Shown here piece by piece: positions 1 to 7,800 of a stretch of 17,895 nucleotides of DNA. This DNA comes from a candidate division FCPU426 bacterium (GTDB taxonomy: Bacteria; Oederibacteriota; JAAXVQ01; JAUVAV01). The notes beneath the pieces are model-generated. The model ran no database searches, was not told where the DNA came from, and saw only the letters and a program-made list of their open reading frames with translations. The stretch covers positions 1 to 17,895 of the forward strand of contig JBFLYH010000005.1 in assembly GCA_040756875.1 (NCBI GenBank), in the 5' to 3' direction. The translations under genes and the position numbers were made by a program. Positions within the stretch are counted from its first letter, which is position 1, and each line of letters starts with the position of its first letter.

Positions 1-1
1 G

Positions 2-3000
2 AACGGCGAACTTCGCCTGGTGCAGACCACAGGGAAAAACTATGAAGCCTACCTGTTGGACCAGGCCAGGGGAAAGATGGAAGCGGGATATACCCAGCAG
101 GTGTTCACGCACAACGACAACACGGTGTTGGGGAGAATGGCCTTGGAGTTGGCGAATAGGTACGGAGTGGAGCGGATCGAGATCAGCAATGCGACCGTGG
201 AGGCGCATTTCCGGCAGATGGCGCCTGAGCTGACGCGCGGGCTGGATTGGGGCAAAGAAGCGGACCGGCCGGCAGCCATGGAGATCGCGATCAAGGACAT
301 GCTGAGCGGGCGGTCGAGCAAGCCGCAGGTCATTGAGATCAACGGCATGTCGCCTGAGAGCTACCAGCGGGCGATCGAGGCGGTGAGCGATGCCATCCAC
401 TATACGCCGAAGATGGGCGATGTGCTGAAGATGGCGGACGGTCTGGGCGCAGGGTTGAAGGCGTCGCTGGATCACTTTATTAGAGCCGCAGGCGGCGCAG
501 AGAAGGCATCGGTAGGAGCATGGTTGCAGGAAGTGGCAGATGCATATGGAAAAGCAACGAGCGAAAAAGTGGCGCGTGAGCTGGGTTGTGGGTGGACGCA
601 GGCGCGGTACATCTTCGCGCCGGCGATCGGGGAAGGGTTGAACATCTTTGGTGCAGTGCGCGGGTTGTCGAACGAAATGCAGTTCCAAGGCCGGCTGGTG
701 AAGATGGACCTGTCGCCAAGCGACGTGTTCGCCCAAGCCATGAAGCGCGGAAACGTGAGGGATGAAACCACGAGCGCGCTCAAACGCGTAATCGCGGACA
801 CAGGATTGAATCTGAACCTGGACACGATCAACGGGATCAAGGACGTGGAGCGGGCGCGGTTTCAGAAGTTTCTGGAAGATGTGGAATCCAAGAAAATCGA
901 TATAACCAGCGAAGGGGCAAAGGAACAGTTCTTCGCTTTGTTCGATGTGATGATGAAAGATTTCCTGGTGGAGATCGACACGGCGAAAGCCGGAGAAGTG
1001 GCGAGGACGCAGGCCGGGGAACTGCCGCGGACTGATGCAGTGACCGTGCAGAAGGGCAGCCCGGAATACATGCGGGCCATGGCTGACAAGATCACGAAGG
1101 ATCTGCCAGGCCGGCTGAGAGAATTCCAAGGCTTGGCGGACTTGAGCGCGAGCTGGAACCGCCAGACACCCGGTTCGCTGCTGACGCGGATGCCCGGGAT
1201 GCCGGCGGCTTTGAAGCAATCTGCGGGATGGTCGCGCCTGCCCTCGTTCGCTCTCCTGCTGACAGGCGGGAGATTGATCGTAAATACCTGGCAGTCCATC
1301 CAAAGCGCGATAAAGACGGACGGGCAGCAACTGGCTTTGGTAAAAAACTTGACCCAGACCTGGCAAAATCCGCAGATCACAGCCCTGGCAGCGCGGATCA
1401 CGGAACTGAAAGCTTCCCAACCGGCCACGTGGTTGGAAACACTGGTGGCTGAGCAACTGCCTGCCGGAAACGTTACGGATCTGAAGGGCAAGTTTGGAGC
1501 TGGTTGGGAACAGATTGCCCTGGCGGAAAACTCCGGAGTGGCGAAACAAGTCATGAATGCAACCCAGGTGGCTGCTTATAAAGCGGCCTTTGGAGACACC
1601 TGGTTCGAGTCTGCCATGCAAGAAAGGGTCGGATTGAACTGGACTCTTTATGACCGCGTCAATACCATTTTGGAACCTAAAGGCGTTATACAACAGTTGA
1701 CGTATCGTATCCGGCTTTGGTCAGCCATCTGGCATGAGCCCGCCCAGGCGAAGGATGCTTACTTTGCGGCCCTGGAAGATGTGAGCAATCTTGCGCCGGT
1801 TATTTCCACGGTTGCCGCGGCGCCGCAAAGCCAGGCCGCCAGGCTGGTTTATAGGAACCAGGAGCTGAGCTTGCAGAACGCGATGGGCTATGTCCAACAA
1901 AGGCTGGGTCTGGCGCAAAAGCTGGCGAAAGCCTACGGAATTTCCGCCACGCCGCAAGTGGCCGCTTTCCCGAACCGGCAAAGGCTCATTACTACGCAAG
2001 GCGTAGCTCTCGGGAAAATTGCAACCGCGGAATTGCTGTCCAGAAACCCACTGGTTCGTTTGAACGGCTGGATGATGTCCAAGTTTGAGAACGGATTGCG
2101 GGTGGTGCAGAATGCAACCATCGTCCTGCCGTTGTTCAAGCTGAATAAAGGCTGGGTGGTGCCGACATTGCCCGGAACCGTGGCCGTGGGGGCGGCGGTT
2201 CTGGCCGCTTTGAGTCTCACCAACCTGCTGCTGAGCGGATTGCTGCTGGGCATTACGGCTAGTGCGCTGGTCCAGCCGGTTATGGCTGCGGTCTTATCCC
2301 GGGCCGCGCCCGATGCTCAGGCCCGTTTGGCTTCGGCGGCCACAGCGCAGCCTTTTAACGGGCAAGGAGCGGCGAACCGCACCGCCCGGATGCCGCTGGC
2401 AGCATCCGGCATGGCGCGCTGGGAGCATGGGGTATATACCGGCCAAAAACAATATTCCCGTATGGCTTTGAATGCGCTTTCATTGCCCCGGGCCGGAGAG
2501 GCAAATCGCCTGGGTTCTACGGTGAAAAAAATTGCCCTGCCGGTTCTTTTCCTGGCAGGCGGCATGCTGCTGGGCCAGCCTTTCACCGTCAGCAGCGCCC
2601 TGGGCTCCATTTCCACCGAGTTGGCCGTATCCATGTTAAAAGCTCCGGCTCGAAGCGCCGGTGAAGTTCTAGTTGAATACCGCAAACCGGCAATGGCCGA
2701 GACAGCGGGCATCCGCCCGGAGGCAGGGTGGAAAGCCCGGCCCGGCCTGTCGCTGGTCGAAACCTGGAAACAAGAGATGTACGGCTATGAAAGCGGCGAT
2801 ACGGCCTACAACAAACTGCAAGCCATCATCTTCCGGCCCGAATTCGGCCAAGTCAGATTGACCGCGGCTCCGGTGGCGCAGCACTATGGATACATGCATT
2901 TACTGGCCGCGGTTTTCAGCTTGGTGCCAAAAGCCCTGGACAGCGTTTCCGCCATCGAAGTGGGGACCGAAAAGGTGCAATCCCCGGAAAACGTGGTAGG

Positions 3001-4327
3001 TGAAAAGTCGATACAGATCAACGTGGATAAAGGCTCGATACGTTTCCTGGATCAGCGGTTCTCCGACCTGCTCCTGACCCAGGCTGTGATGGCCGTATTG
3101 GAGCGGTCGATTGCGGATCCCGGGAACGCCCTGTTCACCGACGCCGAACTGACCACCTTGAACAACAAGCTCCAGCAGAGCGGGCAGTTCAAGGAATACG
3201 GAGAACGCGCGGTGGTCGAATTCGTCAAACAGTATTTGCTGGATGGACCGGCGTTGAACGCCTGGGTGGGCCAGGCCGCGGCGGAAGGCCAGGAATGGGC
3301 AATGGTTTCCACGGAAACAGGCGGTACGCCCCGTACCCTGACGCTTTACCAGCTGGTGCGGCAGAAGTTCGGCGGCCGCGAGTTCGTTGAAGCGGATCTG
3401 GCCGAGCTGAACCAGGCCATGAGCGAGTTGGAAAACGAAGCCGTGCCGCTGATGGCCGAGCTGGCGAAGCAAATCCAGGCCGAACCCGCGGCCAGCCGCG
3501 CGGCGCGGCAGACGGAGTTCGAGGAACGGTTCGGGATATCCTATGACAGCTATCAATCCCTGATGAAGCCAAGCTGGATGCAGCGGATCATGATCAAGGT
3601 GGTCGGGGAAGCGCAACTGCAGGGTGACCGGCCAGTGGAGACCGTGCGGCAGTTCGGCTGGCAGCTGGCCGGCGTGGGAGCGGCTGGAGTCGCTTTGGGC
3701 GTTGTCGGCATCCTCACCACCATGCTGCTGCCGCTCGTGGGCGCGGCGGTGGCGCTGACCGGAGGCGCGGTGGCAATCCAGGGCCTATGGTCCGTGTACA
3801 AGGCGCAGGCCATCGCATTCAGCGTCAACCCCGCGGGAGCGGTGGGCGAACGGATGCAGCAAGCCCGCTTCGAGTCAGAACAAGCCCCTCTGGCCGTCCA
3901 GAAAGGGTTGAACACTCTGCGGTTGCTGGAAAATCGGGAGTTCAACCAAGCTGTGTCGGGGTTGAAGATCGCCGGCACGGAACGGATGCTGTCCGAACAA
4001 AGCCGCAGTAAGGCGGTGCGGGCGGTCTTGGGGCAGATGGTCCGGGTAATGGAATCCAATCTGCCGCAGGAACTGAAGCTGCAGCTGGCGCGCGAGCTCA
4101 CACAGGTGCTGGGTTTCCTGCAGTTTGGCTTGAAGGTGCAAGTGCGGCAGGAAGGGCCGGCAGTAACCATGACCCTGACGCCCGAGGTGCAACCACAAGC
4201 CTTGAAGCAGGATTACAAACTGGGGCGTTTGGTGCAGCGTTTGGAAGGCTTGGGCGTTTCAGTCAACTTGGAAGTGGCTCCGGTTCTTAAGCAGCCGAAG
4301 TTGAAACTTACAGGCAGCGCAGTTTAA
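2..4327 (+). CDS. Giant multi-domain membrane-associated protein, C-terminal part (5' partial); degenerate SF2 helicase-like motifs, degenerate zincin-like segment, several predicted TM hairpins
   Basis: The frame is open from position 2 (AAC GGC GAA CTT CGC CTG GTG CAG = NGELRLVQ) to TAA at 4325-4327. The GTG at 20 used by the track has no clear RBS, so the gene most likely starts upstream of the window. Hydrophobic stretches lie at about 2177-2296, 2531-2575 and 3659-3799. A terminator follows the stop codon. Confidence 0.93.
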   Translation, partial: NGELRLVQTTGKNYEAYLLDQARGKMEAGYTQQVFTHNDNTVLGRMALELANRYGVERIEISNATVEAHFRQMAPELTRGLDWGKEADRPAAMEIAIKDMLSGRSSKPQVIEINGMSPESYQRAIEAVSDAIHYTPKMGDVLKMADGLGAGLKASLDHFIRAAGGAEKASVGAWLQEVADAYGKATSEKVARELGCGWTQARYIFAPAIGEGLNIFGAVRGLSNEMQFQGRLVKMDLSPSDVFAQAMKRGNVRDETTSALKRVIADTGLNLNLDTINGIKDVERARFQKFLEDVESKKIDITSEGAKEQFFALFDVMMKDFLVEIDTAKAGEVARTQAGELPRTDAVTVQKGSPEYMRAMADKITKDLPGRLREFQGLADLSASWNRQTPGSLLTRMPGMPAALKQSAGWSRLPSFALLLTGGRLIVNTWQSIQSAIKTDGQQLALVKNLTQTWQNPQITALAARITELKASQPATWLETLVAEQLPAGNVTDLKGKFGAGWEQIALAENSGVAKQVMNATQVAAYKAAFGDTWFESAMQERVGLNWTLYDRVNTILEPKGVIQQLTYRIRLWSAIWHEPAQAKDAYFAALEDVSNLAPVISTVAAAPQSQAARLVYRNQELSLQNAMGYVQQRLGLAQKLAKAYGISATPQVAAFPNRQRLITTQGVALGKIATAELLSRNPLVRLNGWMMSKFENGLRVVQNATIVLPLFKLNKGWVVPTLPGTVAVGAAVLAALSLTNLLLSGLLLGITASALVQPVMAAVLSRAAPDAQARLASAATAQPFNGQGAANRTARMPLAASGMARWEHGVYTGQKQYSRMALNALSLPRAGEANRLGSTVKKIALPVLFLAGGMLLGQPFTVSSALGSISTELAVSMLKAPARSAGEVLVEYRKPAMAETAGIRPEAGWKARPGLSLVETWKQEMYGYESGDTAYNKLQAIIFRPEFGQVRLTAAPVAQHYGYMHLLAAVFSLVPKALDSVSAIEVGTEKVQSPENVVGEKSIQINVDKGSIRFLDQRFSDLLLTQAVMAVLERSIADPGNALFTDAELTTLNNKLQQSGQFKEYGERAVVEFVKQYLLDGPALNAWVGQAAAEGQEWAMVSTETGGTPRTLTLYQLVRQKFGGREFVEADLAELNQAMSELENEAVPLMAELAKQIQAEPAASRAARQTEFEERFGISYDSYQSLMKPSWMQRIMIKVVGEAQLQGDRPVETVRQFGWQLAGVGAAGVALGVVGILTTMLLPLVGAAVALTGGAVAIQGLWSVYKAQAIAFSVNPAGAVGERMQQARFESEQAPLAVQKGLNTLRLLENREFNQAVSGLKIAGTERMLSEQSRSKAVRAVLGQMVRVMESNLPQELKLQLARELTQVLGFLQFGLKVQVRQEGPAVTMTLTPEVQPQALKQDYKLGRLVQRLEGLGVSVNLEVAPVLKQPKLKLTGSAV
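611..760 (+). other. Degenerate SF2 helicase C-terminal motifs V and VI within the first CDS
   Basis: The translation IFAPAIGEGLNIFG...RLVKMDLSPSDVFAQAMKRGNVR resembles SF2 motif V (Snf2-type GGEGLNL) and the following D-L-x-x-x-P...Q-A-x-x-R-x-x-R motif VI. Recognised by eye only. Confidence 0.45.
2903..3385 (+). other. Zincin-like (metallopeptidase fold) segment lacking HExxH
   Basis: The order of elements LVPKALDSVSAIEV / IQINV / LLLTQAVMAVLE / ERAVVEFVKQYLLDGPAL / LYQLVRQKFGGREF mirrors small zincin domains (HExxH helix, ExFAExFxxY helix, terminal YxxxxxxFxGxEF), but the His/Glu ligands are absent. Recognised by eye only. Confidence 0.35.
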
Positions 4328-4354
4328 ATTCGGCATTCATTGGATGTTATTTTC

Positions 4355-4393
4355 AGCCCTGCACTTGAGAGGAAATCAGGTGCAGGGCTTTTT
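4355..4393 (+). terminator. Rho-independent terminator of the first CDS
   Basis: AGCCCTGCACTTGA (4355-4368) pairs with TCAGGTGCAGGGCT (4376-4389), giving a 14-bp stem with one G-U pair and a 7-nt loop GAGGAAA, followed by a T run (TTTTT 4389-4393). It starts 27 nt after the stop codon. Confidence 0.88.
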
Positions 4394-4516
4394 GTAATAT
4401 ATTTTGTAAATATTGACTACTGTTTATCAATGCTTGAAAAGAAGTAGAAACAGACTATGCTTTGGTTTATCAGAATAAAACCCTTTAAAAATAACAATAA
4501 AAACTAACGGGCTTTT

Positions 4517-4545
4517 TTGACATGGCTATTTTTGAATGATATATT
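4517..4545 (+). promoter_or_regulatory. Sigma70-type promoter for the second giant gene
   Basis: Perfect -35 TTGACA (4517-4522), 17-nt spacer, extended -10 TG (4537-4538) and -10 TATATT (4540-4545, 5/6 match). An A-rich UP-element-like tract lies upstream at about 4487-4507. Confidence 0.75.
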
Positions 4546-4730
4546 TAAGCTATGTATATTTGAAAAACCTTATAAATTAAGTAAAAATGAGCATTCGGAA
4601 TAATATTTAGTGCATGTGTGAAGTCTCGCGGCCAGGTGCGAATCTGTATTGGAAAACTATAGAATAACTAGATTATTCAGGTTTATTTTGAATTTTATAT
4701 CACATTGAATAGAAGTTTTGGCCATTTGAC

Positions 4731-4737
4731 GGGAGGG
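4731..4737 (+). promoter_or_regulatory. Shine-Dalgarno site of the second giant gene
   Basis: GGGAGGG ends 5 nt before ATG 4743. An in-frame TAG at 4710-4712 makes 4743 the first usable start. Confidence 0.85.
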
Positions 4738-4742
4738 CCGGC

Positions 4743-4886
4743 ATGGGCGAGCGGATCTCACGCCTGCAAAGATTACTGCAACGTGGTTGGCGGCGATATA
4801 AGAAACCGCTGCAATCATCCGTCAGCCTGCTTACCTCCCTCTGCTTTCTCATCACCAGCCTTGGGCTTCCTCAGCCGCTGTGGGCA
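4743..4886 (+). other. Long Sec-type signal peptide (about 48 aa)
   Basis: Basic n-region (RISRLQRLLQRGWRRYKK), hydrophobic h-region (VSLLTSLCFLITSLGL) and c-region PQPLWA followed by polar SENSY. Predicted cleavage is after Ala48. Confidence 0.7.
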
Positions 4887-7800
4887 AGCGAAAACAGTTA
4901 TCAATTCAATTATGATGGATCGAGTTTAAAGCCAGCAGTGGTTCAGGTCAATGTTCCGCAGGTGGATCTGCCGGACCTGTCGACCCTGGTTCAGGCCGTG
5001 CAGCCGAATGTGAAAATTGATGCGTCGCACATCAGCGATTTCCAGGTCGGCGGCATTAAGTTGGAAGGCAGCCTGTCGCAGATCATCAACCTCGTCCAAC
5101 CCAAGATCGAAGTCAATCCGCAAATCGAATTGCCCGAGGTGTCGTCCGCAATCAATGAGGTAGTCACTTCCGGGCTGGAAGATGTCGCCGTGGAGGCCTC
5201 GGTTGCCGCCAAGGTTCCGCTGCAGGACTTGAGCACTGTCAGCACCATGCAAATCCCTGAACCCGGGCTGGTAAAGACCGAACAGCTGGAGAACGACGTC
5301 GCCGAACCGACCGAGAAAAAAGTCGTGGATGTGCAAAAACTCAAGGAACAGGTGGGGAGTCTGCCCGGATTGATTGCGGCATACCTGGGCGGGGCGGGCC
5401 CGAACCCGTTTGAAGACGGCGACGAGTTTGACGCGGAGGACGTCAAACTGAAGGTCAATGAGATCGCCGAGGCCCTGTCGGCTGTCGGTTCGGATCCGGC
5501 CAAAGTGGCGCAGATCATCGGCAGCCTGAATCCCGAAGTCCAAAACCAGGTGGCGGAAAAGGTTTCGAGCAAAACCCTCGGCCCGGCGCTGGCCACCATG
5601 GATCCAGCCGCGGCGACCGCGATCATCTCGGGCTTGTCCCCCGAAAAGCAGGCGGAAGTGGCCCAATATGTTTCCGGAAGCGGAAAACTTCCGGAAACAA
5701 CGATACCGGACACCGACATTAAAGCCCGAAGCACGCAAGTGCCTGCTTCGGGGTACGATCCGGCCAGCAATACCTACACCGAAAACAAAACCCAGGCGAA
5801 CGGAACCGTGTTGAGCACCACCTATGCGGGACAAGACAACTCCGGGCAAGTGACGGCGGCCAGTGTCTGCAGCGCCAACGGGGCGCAACAGGAAAGCTGG
5901 ACTTACTCCAGTACCGGCGCCGAGCACACGGTGCGCAAGGATTTCAGCAACGGCGCCTATATGATTTACCACCAGAACGAGTGCGGCCACATCATCAGTT
6001 GGGAAAGCTACAATACGCAAGGCCAACTGGCCACCACCGGGACGGAGAAGCGCCAGAACGCCTCGGGCACCGACCCGACGCTCCAGACCGGCGGCACGGG
6101 CACGGCGCAGGACGGCACCCGCACCTGGGGGCCGACCACCGCGCAAATCCAGGCGGATATCGCGGCCGGAAAAACCTCGGCCACCTACGCGGACGGCTCG
6201 TATGCCCGCTTTACGCGCAACGCGGACGGAACCACTACCGTTCAGCTGAGAGGATACGTGCAGAGTTCGACGCCCAATGAAGATTACGGCGGATGGTCGC
6301 AATACTCCTATAATTATCAATCCATCACCCAGACCTATAACACCAAAAACCAATTGGTATCCGAAACCGACGGGGTAAACACCAGCCACTTCAGCTACGA
6401 TGCCCAGGGCCGGATGACTTCCAGGGAAGTGAGCGGGCCCGGAACGCACCTACGATATACCTACGATCCGGCGACCGAACGGCTGACTAAATTTGAAAAC
6501 CTCATCGCCGGCACCAGTATGTCCTATTCGTACGATTCGCTCGGCCGGATCACCAGCTGCAAGGATCAAAACGGGGTGGTCCACAACGTGGCTTTGCCCC
6601 CCAGCACTTCCGCCGACTGCCAGTATGTTTTCGACAAAGACGGGCGCGTGGTCAGCGCCACCAGCGGGGGGAACACTTACACCTACGACGAGCAGGGAAG
6701 GGTCACCTCGATTCTTCGGGCCGACGGTGCGCAGATAACGGTTACGGACTGGGATGACAAAGGCCGGGCGGTCAAAGGAACCTTCACCGGCGGCGAAGCG
6801 GATGGCCTGATGTGGGAAAGCGGGGGACTGAATCAGAAGAATTCACAACTGAGCGGTTCAGGCACCATCATGTTCAAGTACAACGAACAGGGGCTGCTGG
6901 CCGGCGAAGCCATTGTCCACAGCGGCGGTAAAGAGTTGGAATGGAATTATTATTCGTACAACGAGAACGGCGAGTTGTACGAAAAAATGACGCTGAACCA
7001 GGACAACGAAGTCACCCGCACCTATTACCGCAACGGGCGGGAGATCGGCAGCATTGATAAAGACGGCAATCTGTCAGCCGCGGCCGGCGCCACCCAGGAA
7101 GATCTGAAATACCTGATTGGCATTTATGCCTACCAGATGCTGGGCCGGGAGGCAGGTGCGGAGGAGGTCGATGCTTGGCTGAACCTGGCCAACCAGAAGG
7201 GCATCAAGGCAGTCAGCGACACGATTAAAAACAGCGACGAGTACGTCCAGAACACCATTCAAAGCACCTATAAAAGCCTGCTGGGCCGCGAATGCAGCGC
7301 CGAAGAAATGCAAGTCCACATGGACAATGTCCATAAGAACGGATTCGACGCCAAAGCCTTCAGGTCGGACATCGAAAAATCGCCGGAGTTCCTCAACGGC
7401 CCCGGGTTTGCCAATAAAATGACCGATTTGTACCAGCGGTATTGGCGTCGCGCACCCACGACCGAGGAAGTGGAGTACTGGCGCACCTCCATAGCGAACG
7501 GAGGCACATCGCTCGACAAATTGGAAAAGCAGTTCATGGAGAGCCCGCAGTACAAGTCGGACCCGGCCTCCGACTGGGCCATGCGCGACATCGCGGCCAA
7601 ATACATGGGCGTGGAAAACGCGACCATGGAGGATTTCAAGAACTGGGGCTGGGTGGACGCGAACGGGAACGCGCAGACCATCAACAGCATCGTCAACTTC
7701 ATCAAGTCTTCCGAGCAGTACGTCTGGCGGGTGCTGGAGGATTGCAATAACAAACAGATCGATCCCGTCCACTACGTCAAACCGAAAAAGAGCGGCGGAC

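Noticed and set aside
4355-4393. Riboswitch or ncRNA in the hairpin after the first gene
   Set aside because: Position, stem and T tail are fully explained by an intrinsic terminator, and I recognised no aptamer consensus.
4434-4461. Alternative promoter TTGAAA-N16-TATGCT
   Set aside because: It is a weaker match than 4517-4545 and is expected by chance in AT-rich DNA. It cannot be excluded as a minor promoter.
4785-4805. Twin-arginine (Tat) signal GWRRYKK
   Set aside because: It does not fit S/T-R-R-x-F-L-K, and Tat export of a folded protein over 4,000 aa is implausible.
4705-4929. 74-aa + strand ORF in the track
   Set aside because: It has a TTG start without a clear RBS and overlaps, out of frame, the much better supported start at 4743.
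7746-7775. NNKQIDPVHY as an RHS autocleavage motif (PxxxxDPxG)
   Set aside because: It lacks the Pro and Gly and the upstream DPxG partner, so it is at most a vestige or a coincidence.
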